From a virus, in the UHGV virus genome UHGV-1351068: DNA of 64,000 nt, one strand, 5' to 3'. Below are positions 18,045-26,882 of the stretch, piece by piece. Made by a program: the position numbers and the translations under genes. The notes under the pieces are model-generated. The model saw nothing but the letters and a program-made list of their open reading frames with translations, was not told where the DNA came from and ran no database searches. Numbering within the stretch: position 1 is the first letter of the stretch; every line of letters starts with the position of its first letter.

Positions 18045-18503
18045 TCAATTAATGTGTATAACTTTTGTGCTGATTTTACCTTTCAAACGTTTATCATTAA
18101 CGAATGCCATACGACACTTTATACTAGGTCCTTTTCCTGGTCTTGGAATATCCATGGTAAACCCTAGCCACAGATTTCCATCCGTAATTTCTAACCGCAT
18201 TGGCTTATACTCAATGTTTTCATCAATGTCCTTTGGGTCAATTGGAAGCCAAGGCATTGCTAAGAATTCATTAATTTCTTTAAGATGATTAGGAATTTTG
18301 GAAAGAACAGAGAATACATACTCTTCATCAATTTCACGTTGGATAGCACGGTCCAACAAATGATCAGAGTACTTAGTGAAGAAAGGCTCTTTACCCTCGG
18401 CTTTCGCCCGGGCACGAACAGATAAATTCAAAGAGCGAAATGCTTCCTCAAACTTACGACGCAGTTTAGTTCTGCGAATGAATACTTCTGGGTTAGTTGA
18501 CAT
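18045..18503 (-). CDS. regB: RegB site-specific endoribonuclease
   Basis: EVFIRRTKLRRKFEEAF...HLLDRAIQREIDEEYVF...EINEFLAMP...RLEITDGNLWLGFT...KCRMA matches T4 RegB nearly residue for residue. Confidence 0.85.
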   Translation of the reverse strand: MSTNPEVFIRRTKLRRKFEEAFRSLNLSVRARAKAEGKEPFFTKYSDHLLDRAIQREIDEEYVFSVLSKIPNHLKEINEFLAMPWLPIDPKDIDENIEYKPMRLEITDGNLWLGFTMDIPRPGKGPSIKCRMAFVNDKRLKGKISTKVIHIN

Positions 18504-18525
18504 AGTTCATTCTCCTTTGTTTATA

Positions 18526-18560
18526 GGGCCATAGTATCATGGCCCGCAAGGAAAGTAAAC
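18526..18560 (-). promoter_or_regulatory. T4-type early promoter for regB inside inverted repeat GGGCCAT/ATGGCCC, PeSL-like
   Basis: atagtatca at 18531-18539 and gtaaac at 18555-18560; inverted repeat at 18526-18545. Confidence 0.55.
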
Positions 18561-18566
18561 TACTTT

Positions 18567-18848
18567 TTAATATTTTTCTTCTGGTTGAAACACTGAACGA
18601 CACGCCCACATTGAGGCTTCCTTCAGGTGCTGAATAGCATTGCGAATTTGAGTAATACGCTCATGTGCTAAATCAAATTCTTTGTCGCTCATTGTGCTAA
18701 CATCTAAATTCATGTATTTTTCAACATGCTCTTCTTCTAATGCTTTAAAAATTAATCCAAGACGAATTTCCGCGTCTTTGATAGCATTTACTTTACCAAT
18801 CTTTTCATCGGTATGTGGCTTATATCCTTTGATATCTTCAATTGCCAT
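18567..18848 (-). CDS. hypothetical protein (93 aa)
   Basis: ORF in the track. Confidence 0.45.
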   Translation of the reverse strand: MAIEDIKGYKPHTDEKIGKVNAIKDAEIRLGLIFKALEEEHVEKYMNLDVSTMSDKEFDLAHERITQIRNAIQHLKEASMWACRSVFQPEEKY

Positions 18849-19210
18849 TATAGTGCCTCTGTGAAAGTACGAGCGATAACGTCGCGCTGCTGTTCTGGTG
18901 TCAGGGAGTTAAAGCGTACCGCGTAGCCAGAGACACGAATCGTCAGCTGCGGGTATTTTTCCGGATGTTCAACCGCATCCAGCAGCGTTTCACGACGCAG
19001 CACGTTAACGTTCAGGTGCTGACCGCCTTCAATTTTTACCGTTGGCTGGTATTCAATTTCTACTTCACGAGCCTTGTAGCCATAAAAAGTTTCAGCATCC
19101 GTAATAGTATCTTCTTTAAGAACTTTTGAAACGATTATTCGTGCGTCATCACCATCTTCAATGTAAATAGTGCCTTTAAGTTCACCTTCAAGAATTTGAT
19201 ATGCTTTCAT
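18848..19210 (-). CDS. grcA: autonomous glycyl-radical cofactor GrcA/YfiD homolog
   Basis: C-terminal 60 aa [61 protein letters not shown] is almost identical to enterobacterial GrcA and includes the RVSGY glycyl-radical motif. Confidence 0.85.
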   Translation of the reverse strand: MKAYQILEGELKGTIYIEDGDDARIIVSKVLKEDTITDAETFYGYKAREVEIEYQPTVKIEGGQHLNVNVLRRETLLDAVEHPEKYPQLTIRVSGYAVRFNSLTPEQQRDVIARTFTEAL

Positions 19211-19218
19211 ATTTCCTC

Positions 19219-19563
19219 TTAATTAGATTCTTTATTCCAACCACGCATGTATGCGGTAATTACACTCATTTTATTCCATTCGTCTGAATGAAACTTTGCA
19301 GCTGCTTCTAGATAAGTTATTTTATCTTCATGATAAGTAACTTCTTCATCAGTTTCTTTATCGTATTCCACAATTTCAATAGGCTCGTTAACTCCATATC
19401 CGCGAGTGCCTATATACGTTGTAGCTTCTTCCCACTGTTTGGTTGTTTCATTCCAAGTTCCATTCTGATGGGCTTCATAGAAATACTGCTCGCCAGAATT
19501 ACTGAACCAAGCACAGAAGCTCTCGACTAGGTGTGGAGGACACCTTATAACAATTTCAGCCAT
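19219..19563 (-). CDS. hypothetical protein (114 aa)
   Basis: ORF in the track. Confidence 0.5.
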   Translation of the reverse strand: MAEIVIRCPPHLVESFCAWFSNSGEQYFYEAHQNGTWNETTKQWEEATTYIGTRGYGVNEPIEIVEYDKETDEEVTYHEDKITYLEAAAKFHSDEWNKMSVITAYMRGWNKESN

Positions 19564-19856
19564 TGCATTGTTTTCTCTTGAATGCGTTGGTCATATGTGA
19601 TTAAACTTGAACTAATCACGCCTTTGAGCTTACCGGATATAAACTCAATTCTAAAATTAGGATAGCGATTCATCCACTTCGTGTTGGGAGCATTAGAAAT
19701 GAATTCTGCGCCTTTGAACGGGCCAGACAGAAACTTGTAGCGCTTGTACTCAAGCAGGTTGCCAGCAGTAACCATTGTTATTAATTGCTTCATATCGGCA
19801 AATCCTGTATTTTCCATTACTGTAATCATATCAACAATTTCTGTCTGTGTCATCAT
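19545..19856 (-). CDS. hypothetical protein (103 aa)
   Basis: ORF in the track. Confidence 0.5.
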   Translation of the reverse strand: MMTQTEIVDMITVMENTGFADMKQLITMVTAGNLLEYKRYKFLSGPFKGAEFISNAPNTKWMNRYPNFRIEFISGKLKGVISSSLITYDQRIQEKTMQWLKLL

Positions 19857-20386
19857 TGCATTCCTATCACGAAAAATAAAGGTAAGGTATCATTAGGCAT
19901 AGACCATCTGATAGCTTCCTGGTACATATCATAGAACTTCATCATATCGGGAACTTTCATTGGTTCTTCAATGATAATTAATGCTCTTCCAAACTTTCTT
20001 CCCCTAAACTTGTAAGAGGAATCATTGGATAGAAATTCCCTGATTGTCATCGGAACAATTGATTTAGCTATATCGTTAGCTGGTAATTTATTAATTATGT
20101 GTGATGAATTGTATTCTCGTAGAATACCTTCCATCAATTCAGATGATTGTGTGTATCGAGTAGATAAGATTATAACCGAACCATCTTCAAGCAACCAATC
20201 GGTAGCGAATTGACATAAGGCTGCAGTCTTTCCGGTTTGTCTTCCACCGTCTAGACGAAGGGTACCGTACTCTCGCATAAGGCAAGACGGTTCATAAAAG
20301 CTATAGTTGGGATTATTCAATCGTCTGTCTGCAGCGTCTCTGAAAGCATGCATCAGGGTCAAATAAATGGGAGTTAAGTATTTCAT
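19853..20386 (-). CDS. P-loop NTPase-like protein (177 aa)
   Basis: LRLDGGRQTGKTAAL (Walker A-like) and ALIIIEEP (Walker B-like). Confidence 0.5.
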   Translation of the reverse strand: MKYLTPIYLTLMHAFRDAADRRLNNPNYSFYEPSCLMREYGTLRLDGGRQTGKTAALCQFATDWLLEDGSVIILSTRYTQSSELMEGILREYNSSHIINKLPANDIAKSIVPMTIREFLSNDSSYKFRGRKFGRALIIIEEPMKVPDMMKFYDMYQEAIRWSMPNDTLPLFFVIGMQ

Positions 20387-20557
20387 TTTAAATTCCTAAA
20401 AGGGGCCATTCCTTGGCGCATGTTTAATCCATCGACACACTATGTAAACCCCTTACCGCACTTGGGCTCGACCTTATTACAGGTAGGGAAAGCTACTTCA
20501 CTCAGAGGACTCGACGTTCATGAGGAGAGGTCGTGTTCAGCTTTATTAGGAAATTAC

Positions 20558-21037
20558 TTACTTAATTGATTTAGCGTAACGAATAGCGCCGCGATCGTTT
20601 ACGAACGCAATCTTACCATTACGCATGTACATGGTAACAGTACGCTGATAACCATTAGAGGTTTTACCAGACTGATAACCTACTAATGCAAAGTTATCTT
20701 CACCAGGTTTATTCTGCTTAGACTTAATACGCTCATGACCATGCGCCATTAAGGTGCGTGCATCACCAGATGCTACTGCCTTGCGAGAAGATTCATCTTC
20801 AACCGAAGAGACAAAATCATCGAATGAATCAAACTTAGCATGGCTCTTATTATATAACTTGCCGTCTACTACGTAGTTATATCCAACAACGTCCATTTCA
20901 ATTTCTGTGCCATCTTCTAGCGTGGCGGTCATCTTCTGACCTTTTTTAAATTTCAGAAGATTACTTCCAACAGATTCAGTCATTACGCCAACTGTTGCTA
21001 AACGGGATTCATTTAAAAATTCTTGATAGGTTTTCAT
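20558..21037 (-). CDS. internal head protein with a capsid-targeting sequence (IP-like, 159 aa)
   Basis: N-terminus MKTYQEFLNES matches the T4 CTS consensus MKTYQEFIAE of IPI/IPII/IPIII/Alt; sits next to e, where T4 has ipII/ipIII. Confidence 0.7.
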   Translation of the reverse strand: MKTYQEFLNESRLATVGVMTESVGSNLLKFKKGQKMTATLEDGTEIEMDVVGYNYVVDGKLYNKSHAKFDSFDDFVSSVEDESSRKAVASGDARTLMAHGHERIKSKQNKPGEDNFALVGYQSGKTSNGYQRTVTMYMRNGKIAFVNDRGAIRYAKSIK

Positions 21038-21532
21038 TTATTTTCCTTGATAAGCAGACCAAGTTCCGGTCCGCATTGTTTCAATTACACGACGAGCACG
21101 ATTAGGTGTCTGACGATACCAACGTGAATTTGCAAGTTCCTTGGCAGCAGCTTCCCACTTTTTAGCGAGTAATAACCTCATTGAAGCTGGGAACCCGGCT
21201 ACACCAGATACACCCATTTGGAATACCATGTTAATCAGAGCAGCTCTACGAACATCATCTAATACATTATATACCGGGTTTAATGTAGCATTAGCAACAA
21301 TACCTTTAATTGCCTTCTCAACATCTTTGGCAAAAATTACTTCTGCCTCAGCCTGAGTAATTTGTCCACCGGTAGAACGACCTACTAGCTTGTCCAGGTT
21401 AGAAATAGCCAAAGATTTTGACGGGTCTTTAGTCAGTAAGTGGCCAATACCAATGGTCCAATACCCTTCGGTATCTTTATAAATTTTGCTGTCATATCCT
21501 TCATCGATACGCAACATGCCAAAAATATCCAT
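21038..21532 (-). CDS. e: lysozyme (endolysin) e
   Basis: [35 protein letters not shown]...[18 protein letters not shown]...[21 protein letters not shown] is collinear with T4 lysozyme; catalytic E11/D20/T26 positions conserved. Confidence 0.92.
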   Translation of the reverse strand: MDIFGMLRIDEGYDSKIYKDTEGYWTIGIGHLLTKDPSKSLAISNLDKLVGRSTGGQITQAEAEVIFAKDVEKAIKGIVANATLNPVYNVLDDVRRAALINMVFQMGVSGVAGFPASMRLLLAKKWEAAAKELANSRWYRQTPNRARRVIETMRTGTWSAYQGK

Positions 21533-21561
21533 AAGGACCTCCTATTAAATTATAGGAGTAT

Positions 21562-21870
21562 TTATTTGGCCCTACACTTGGCTATAAACATGTCAATGCT
21601 GCAATTTTCATACGGCGTCCATTTATCTTTCCACCATACATAATCTCTTTTATCGTCCTCGGGCAATTCACTAAATCCCGGATATAGCTGTTCTGCCATA
21701 TAATATGCTGATTTTGTATACTCGCCGTCACCGAAGACGTATCGTGATTTCATTAGTATACGCGACATTTTATCCCTAGGATGAAATATGCTAACCCATT
21801 TTCCATCGTGAATAAATCGTAGCTCATGCTTATAAATGTGTGGAATGCATAATTCAACGGCTTCTTCCAT
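21562..21870 (-). CDS. hypothetical protein (102 aa)
   Basis: ORF in the track. Confidence 0.5.
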   Translation of the reverse strand: MEEAVELCIPHIYKHELRFIHDGKWVSIFHPRDKMSRILMKSRYVFGDGEYTKSAYYMAEQLYPGFSELPEDDKRDYVWWKDKWTPYENCSIDMFIAKCRAK

Positions 21871-21877
21871 AATAACC

Positions 21878-22330
21878 TCACTGAGCTGTGCTATACATTT
21901 GTGTCATGATTTTGTATAAACTCGGTCCCATCACATATTTCCATTGAGAAGGTTTAATTAAAGCAAATGCATCGATTTCCGGGAAAGAAATTCCATTTTC
22001 ATCTTTATGGTAAGCTGTGCAACGGCAATTCTTAAACACTTCTGGGCTCACAGGGAGCATATATCCAAACAAATGGATATCCTTATTGCTGGCATAATCA
22101 TGTCGTCCGAGGTCATATAAGAGATCCTGGTCAAACCCAATAAACCCTGTTTCTTCCTGGCACTCACGAATAGCAGCTTCTTTTGGTGTTTCACCAGGCT
22201 CAACATGTCCTTTCGGAATATCCCATCTAGAGCCTCTACCCTGGACATAGGTATTTGTCATACGACCCATGAAAAGCCGTTTGTCATCGGTAAAGAATAA
22301 GATTCCTGCGCTGAGCTCTTTCATTGGCAT
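21878..22330 (-). CDS. nudE: Nudix hydrolase NudE (T4 e.1 position)
   Basis: Nudix box GHVEPGETPKEAAIRECQEETG. Confidence 0.8.
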   Translation of the reverse strand: MPMKELSAGILFFTDDKRLFMGRMTNTYVQGRGSRWDIPKGHVEPGETPKEAAIRECQEETGFIGFDQDLLYDLGRHDYASNKDIHLFGYMLPVSPEVFKNCRCTAYHKDENGISFPEIDAFALIKPSQWKYVMGPSLYKIMTQMYSTAQ

Positions 22331-22557
22331 TCATTCCAACTTTCTTCAAGAATATCTTCCATGGCAGTATAGACCATAGACTCTAGTACACCATCACAAT
22401 TATATGAACCCTCTACCGAGAAATCACAGATAGGTCCATTAATACCAAGCAGTTCTTCTTTAAGTGAAATCTCGATACCGCTCAGCGATTCATTATCACT
22501 GTAACACAGAAGGCGAGTATCACCATTTTCAAATTTTACATGCACTGCAACAGCCAT
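22321..22557 (-). CDS. hypothetical small acidic protein (78 aa)
   Basis: ORF in the track. Confidence 0.45.
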   Translation of the reverse strand: MAVAVHVKFENGDTRLLCYSDNESLSGIEISLKEELLGINGPICDFSVEGSYNCDGVLESMVYTAMEDILEESWNECQ

Positions 22558-22883
22558 TATTTCATCTCCTTAATCCAGGATAAAGTTTCATTACGAGAAT
22601 CATCTTTAGATTTTTCTTTCTTTACTTTGGGCTTATCAAATACACCCCGCTGTCGTTGGGAAACGAATTGCAACCAACGAGCAAGCATTGCAAACCAAGT
22701 TCCAACACCTGACATCCAACCTAAATAGAACAAAGTATCTCCAAAGATTGGTGAAAAGAAGTAAAAACCCCAAAAAGTCCCAAATCCAACAAAAGCTGAA
22801 AATGAAAACCAGATAAGCAAAAATAGGAAAAAATACCCAGGCTCATCGTCTTTAATCATTCCACGGTAACAAGTTTTAATCAT
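22557..22883 (-). CDS. membrane protein (108 aa)
   Basis: Two or three hydrophobic helices; basic C-terminus. Confidence 0.5.
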   Translation of the reverse strand: MIKTCYRGMIKDDEPGYFFLFLLIWFSFSAFVGFGTFWGFYFFSPIFGDTLFYLGWMSGVGTWFAMLARWLQFVSQRQRGVFDKPKVKKEKSKDDSRNETLSWIKEMK

Positions 22884-23176
22884 TTTCTGCAGCTCCTAAT
22901 CCAGGTGTTGAAATCTTCTTTTTCTTTCCACTTCTTGTATTTCATGCGGTAAGCTAAAAATGTGCAGCAATTAATCAACGCGATAATTAGCATCCATGAA
23001 AAACTAAATATGAAAACACCTAAAAATAAAAGCATAATCATAAATTCTGAGACGTTCAATCCAAAGAATGTCCCTCCAACAATTACAAAAGCACAATATA
23101 AAATCCATGTCACGATTCCAAAAGCTGGCGCAAGTCCATCTTGGTTCCAAAACCCGTCAGGTTTACATTCATTCAT
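22880..23176 (-). CDS. membrane protein (98 aa)
   Basis: Hydrophobic helices; overlapping stop/start with neighbours. Confidence 0.5.
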   Translation of the reverse strand: MNECKPDGFWNQDGLAPAFGIVTWILYCAFVIVGGTFFGLNVSEFMIMLLFLGVFIFSFSWMLIIALINCCTFLAYRMKYKKWKEKEDFNTWIRSCRK

Positions 23177-23532
23177 TTTCTTCTCACCTCTTTAATAAAC
23201 TCAAACGACTTTTTGCGATTCCATTCAAGAGTTAAATTCTTGCACTGTTCTTTCCATTCAGCTTTACGCTTATAATTATTGCGAGACCATTTAACCCATC
23301 GGGAACATTCAATTAACCCCATGATGAGCAAACTAGTTCCCCACCATGCAAGCAGAATTCCGAATAACACTGCCGGTGTAATATCAGTTAAATGCATGAT
23401 ATCAATCGCGGCAAAGGTACACATTGCGCCGACAGTTGCACCAATACCAGGAACAAGGGCATAATCAATCTGATCAAATTTATAGACATAATTATAAACG
23501 GGAGGTTCACTTGGCAGATATAAGTTACTCAT
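23173..23532 (-). CDS. membrane protein (119 aa)
   Basis: Hydrophobic helices; basic C-terminus. Confidence 0.5.
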   Translation of the reverse strand: MSNLYLPSEPPVYNYVYKFDQIDYALVPGIGATVGAMCTFAAIDIMHLTDITPAVLFGILLAWWGTSLLIMGLIECSRWVKWSRNNYKRKAEWKEQCKNLTLEWNRKKSFEFIKEVRRK

Positions 23533-24131
23533 TTCTGCACCCTCTCACGGCAGTATTTGATAAATTCATCAATGATTAATTGTTTGCCTACCAAATTATT
23601 AGAGTCAAACATACCCATGACTTTTGGTGGTAATTCATTAACGCAGTAATTTAAATAATTGCTATAATCATCCTGAGATGTCACGTATTTAACCAGATTA
23701 ATACCGAGACGATAACTAGTTTTATTATAGATAATCTCGATAACTACTGTATATGTTGTGGAGCTAGAAGTAAAATATCCATCGGCATTAGTACGAGCTG
23801 ATGTTAGATTTGATGGAGAATCGTTGAAAGAATAAATTCCGTACCGAAGTGCAAAGATATCTACAAGCTTAACTCCGTCGGAAATAGACGAAATATTAGA
23901 AATTAAGTTTTTCAGCTTGGAATAGTCTTTAAGAACGATAGCCCGCGGTAAAACTGTGGTGTTATACCCGTTATAGCGAGTTTTCCAATTTTCAGGCCGA
24001 GTATCAGGATAAGCAAATTTTCCAAGAATATCAGTGATTTCTGTTGGGAATCCTGCTGCAATTAATTCTTTAATTTGAGGTGTTGCCATTGGAATATCTC
24101 CAGCGCATTCATATAACATTTTATTATCCAA
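23529..24131 (-). CDS. hypothetical protein (200 aa)
   Basis: ORF in the track. Confidence 0.55.
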   Translation of the reverse strand: MDNKMLYECAGDIPMATPQIKELIAAGFPTEITDILGKFAYPDTRPENWKTRYNGYNTTVLPRAIVLKDYSKLKNLISNISSISDGVKLVDIFALRYGIYSFNDSPSNLTSARTNADGYFTSSSTTYTVVIEIIYNKTSYRLGINLVKYVTSQDDYSNYLNYCVNELPPKVMGMFDSNNLVGKQLIIDEFIKYCRERVQK

Positions 24132-24159
24132 GTTAGGGGGCCCGAAGGCCCCGGTAAAA

Positions 24160-24768
24160 TTACTTCAGACTTTCCAGATATTCCTGGACATCAGCAGTGG
24201 TGGTTTCAATACCCGGCTGAGTACCGCTAAAGGTTTCAACTTTCATCATGATGTCTTGTACATCTACTTTAGCGAGTTCTGCGATTTCAATCACGTCGTC
24301 AGCAGAGGTAATACCCAGAGCAGAAGCATTACGGGTCTCACGGATGTATTCGAGTTTCACTGCCAAATCAAGACGTTGGTCATCAAGCTTAACTACGGTT
24401 TCTTCAATTTGGGCCCGCATTTCTTTATATTCGGCTGCTTTATCACGTAAAGCTTTAGCAGTACGACGATACAGAAGACCCAATTTAGCGTGGGTTTCTA
24501 CATTCATACCTTCTGCCATCAAGCGACGAATTTCACGCTCTTTAGAAGCACCCGCTTGGTCTTTTTCATCAGCAAGTTTCAACAGACGCTTTTCTTCATT
24601 TACCGATTTAACATGCGTGGTACGTAGTTTAGTGATTTCATCAATAATACGATTTGCCGCAGTGGTATACTGGTCTTCAACAGAAGTGTTCTGTGCAACA
24701 AAGGTACCGAATTTAGAACGGATGAATTCAACGAGCTTTTTTAGAATAGACATTTTATTTCCTTTCAA
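24160..24768 (-). CDS. PspA/IM30-like coiled-coil protein (about 197-202 aa)
   Basis: [28 protein letters not shown]... then long charged helices ([27 protein letters not shown]...[39 protein letters not shown]) resembling the PspA N-terminal amphipathic helix and coiled-coil architecture. A GC hairpin at 24137-24156 lies downstream of it. Confidence 0.5.
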   Translation of the reverse strand: MKGNKMSILKKLVEFIRSKFGTFVAQNTSVEDQYTTAANRIIDEITKLRTTHVKSVNEEKRLLKLADEKDQAGASKEREIRRLMAEGMNVETHAKLGLLYRRTAKALRDKAAEYKEMRAQIEETVVKLDDQRLDLAVKLEYIRETRNASALGITSADDVIEIAELAKVDVQDIMMKVETFSGTQPGIETTTADVQEYLESLK

Positions 24769-24782
24769 TAGTTAATGGTGTT

Positions 24783-25010
24783 TTATTCGTACGGATTAAT
24801 CCAATCATACGTGTATGGTTTAATGATTAGACCTTGTTCGTTTTTACTGCGTTCAAATACCTCGATGTAATCAGTAACGTATGATTCTAGCCCGAGAATG
24901 AGTACAGTCTCTTTTCCTTCTTCTACTGTTGCCTTAATTAAGCGCTCGATAGCTATTTTAGCCTCAAGACGAATATCAGCAAGAGTTTTTGGAACTTCAT
25001 TTGTAAGCAT
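24783..25010 (-). CDS. hypothetical protein (track ORF 24783..25112 trimmed to the internal Met to avoid overlap)
   Basis: ORF in the track; start uncertain. Confidence 0.4.
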   Translation of the reverse strand: MLTNEVPKTLADIRLEAKIAIERLIKATVEEGKETVLILGLESYVTDYIEVFERSKNEQGLIIKPYTYDWINPYE

Positions 25011-25260
25011 TAATGAGTTCTTCCATTTTATCCAAAACTGCGATATCAACAATACGATTAACTGCCGGATCGTCAGCAAATTCAGTGTAGGTTGAAATAA
25101 CCAGGTTCTCAATAGTTTTCAGTGCAGCCATTCGTTCTTCTCCAGACGGAAAGTTTGGTGTTTCACCAAACAGTCTAGCAAAAGATTTAAAATAAGTTTG
25201 CGCTACTAATCTCAACTTATCTTGATACATACTAATTTCCTCAGTAGGTGGGGAGTTCAT
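24997..25260 (-). CDS. hypothetical protein (87 aa)
   Basis: ORF in the track. Confidence 0.4.
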   Translation of the reverse strand: MNSPPTEEISMYQDKLRLVAQTYFKSFARLFGETPNFPSGEERMAALKTIENLVISTYTEFADDPAVNRIVDIAVLDKMEELINAYK

Positions 25261-25278
25261 TATAACTCCCCAAAATTA

Positions 25279-25569
25279 TTAGCAGTTAATTACCGCTTCA
25301 ATTCGTTTGGTTAAAGCACTAGCAGTTTTTGCGAATTTAATTTGAACAGTTTCGGTAGGAGCTTCTTCATGGTAAACTCGAACGTAGTACTCTTCAACAG
25401 CAGGCCAATCTTTACGAACATGCTTAATCAAATCTTTAAGTTCACGAGTTTCTGCTACATTGAACACTGCGTGTTCATGTTCACCTTTAATCCAAATCGC
25501 GCGATAACGATCAGGAGTACCGTAATTGTTATAACCACGTTCAATTTGGATAAAGTTGAATTTAGACAT
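25279..25569 (-). CDS. hypothetical protein (96 aa from the internal Met MSKFNFIQ; track ORF extends to 25638)
   Basis: The Met at 25569 is preceded by cattttattctcc, the same leader found before the AAA ATPase gene at 9421-9433; early promoter at 25605-25634. Confidence 0.45.
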   Translation of the reverse strand: MSKFNFIQIERGYNNYGTPDRYRAIWIKGEHEHAVFNVAETRELKDLIKHVRKDWPAVEEYYVRVYHEEAPTETVQIKFAKTASALTKRIEAVINC

Positions 25570-25604
25570 TTTATTCTCCGTTACTCTGTTTTGTTTTGAT
25601 GGAG

Positions 25605-25634
25605 CTATAGTAACCGAGTTGATAGAGGAAGTAA
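25605..25634 (-). promoter_or_regulatory. T4-type early promoter; part of a 45-nt cassette duplicated at 9426-9470
   Basis: tatagtaacc at 25605-25614 and gtaaac at 25629-25634; 25568-25612 is nearly identical to 9426-9470 (ttattctcc(g/a)ttactctgttttgttttgatggagctatagta). Confidence 0.55.
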
Positions 25635-25755
25635 ACAACTTTGTGCAAAAAATTTTAGGGCATCTGGAGGAACTTTCTGGAAGCTAGAATGGATTTATAC
25701 AGCCGAGGATACAAAATGCCCTAGATGAATTCTAGGGCTGTAGGATTACATTTTA

Positions 25756-26340
25756 TTATACATTGTACGATAATTCTGTCTGACGACTGAGTTCAACAAG
25801 GTGATGATTCAGTTTAGCTAAAAGCGTTTTCACTTCACCGATATGCTGAGTTTCACGTGCAGAAGGTTTAGCACCTTGGGATTCACGATACTTCCACAGA
25901 TTATCGAAATAGAATTGAACTGCTTTATAAAGAGGACCATTATCTCTTACTAGTGGAAGAGCTTTATCAATAGCTTTAAACAGTTCACCTGAACCAATGA
26001 TGTCTCCATGGTCTCCACTAATTTTAAGGCCAGGAATATTTTTAGGTTTCGCTTTAACCGGAGCCGGTTTTGCGGCCGGTGCTTGTGCCGGAGAAGCTCC
26101 ACGTGCAGGTGTAGTAACCTTTCCGCCTAAACTTTCAAAGGCAGCTGCCACCTTAGCATAGTCTTTAGGATCGCTAATCCCAATACCATAAATCTTTTCC
26201 ACAGAAGCCGCAAATTTGCTAAAATCATGGCGTTCACCACGTGGAACCAATACCAGAGCGTCACGCCATTTCGATTTAGTCATGCGGCCAGGAGCTGCTT
26301 CAAAAAGCTCTTCTTCGGTTAAAAAATCTTTAAATTTCAT
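25756..26340 (-). CDS. hypothetical protein (194 aa) with a central Ala/Pro/Lys-rich linker
   Basis: ORF in the track; AQAPAAKPAPVKAKPK low-complexity segment. Confidence 0.55.
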   Translation of the reverse strand: MKFKDFLTEEELFEAAPGRMTKSKWRDALVLVPRGERHDFSKFAASVEKIYGIGISDPKDYAKVAAAFESLGGKVTTPARGASPAQAPAAKPAPVKAKPKNIPGLKISGDHGDIIGSGELFKAIDKALPLVRDNGPLYKAVQFYFDNLWKYRESQGAKPSARETQHIGEVKTLLAKLNHHLVELSRQTELSYNV

Positions 26341-26380
26341 TGCAAAAAATCCTTAGTGTCGATTAAATTACTATTTATAC

Positions 26381-26412
26381 TAAAAAGCCCCGTCCGAAGA
26401 CAGGGCTCTAAT
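26381..26412 (-). terminator. rho-independent terminator (possibly bidirectional)
   Basis: taaaaa-gccccgtc-cgaa-gacagggc-tctaataa: GC hairpin with an A-run on the plus strand to its left, giving a U-run in the minus-strand RNA. Confidence 0.55.
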
Positions 26413-26606
26413 AATCGACAGCATCACCCACTGGCAGATGACCTGCGAAATTCATTCCTTTGAACTCGGAGGCATCAGTCTCATCCAAAGGAGTATAGCG
26501 TCAGGAGGTTATGCTTGCGACAGTGAACAACCGACTTGCGGCAATGGACGAACCATTCTCTTCTATCTGACGACTCAACGAGGGCATACGCAAGTTTCCC
26601 TTCGAA

Positions 26607-26780
26607 TTACATTACATCGTATTCTTCAACTAGATACTGATAATAGGAATCGTTTGCTTCAAGTTCTTCCGCATATGATGTTGCTTCGGATTTAGTGTGA
26701 AAAATCTTAAGAGGCAAAGAATATTCTTCATAGCCATATTCACAGTTCCAGTTATTTTTTACTACAGCATATACTTTCAT
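26607..26780 (-). CDS. small acidic ORF (57 aa), not in the track
   Basis: MKVYAVVKNNWNCEYGYEEYSLPLKIFHTKSEATSYAEELEANDSYYQYLVEEYDVM. Confidence 0.35.
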   Translation of the reverse strand: MKVYAVVKNNWNCEYGYEEYSLPLKIFHTKSEATSYAEELEANDSYYQYLVEEYDVM

Positions 26781-26798
26781 ATTTTCCTCATTAATTTT

Positions 26799-26877
26799 TG
26801 GTATGGGTAGGAATCGAACCTACAAGCCATTCAGCACCAGGGCCTCACGCTCTACCTATTTGAGCTATCACATACCA
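26799..26877 (-). tRNA. tRNA-like element (degenerate/pseudo-tRNA?)
   Basis: Perfect D-arm (GCTCAAATAGGTAGAGC) and T-arm (GTAGGTTCGATTCCTAC) and a 7-bp terminal pairing, but no 5-bp/7-nt anticodon arm can be drawn in between. Confidence 0.4.
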
Positions 26878-26882
26878 GAATT

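Noticed and set aside
24248-24775. 175-aa plus-strand ORF.
   Set aside because: Antisense to the PspA-like gene. Ser/Arg-rich with no RBS context, and the whole region is transcribed leftward.
26438-26695. 85-aa plus-strand ORF.
   Set aside because: It overlaps the better-supported small minus-strand ORF and lies in a non-coding stretch next to a terminator. Treated instead as possible sRNA/leader sequence.
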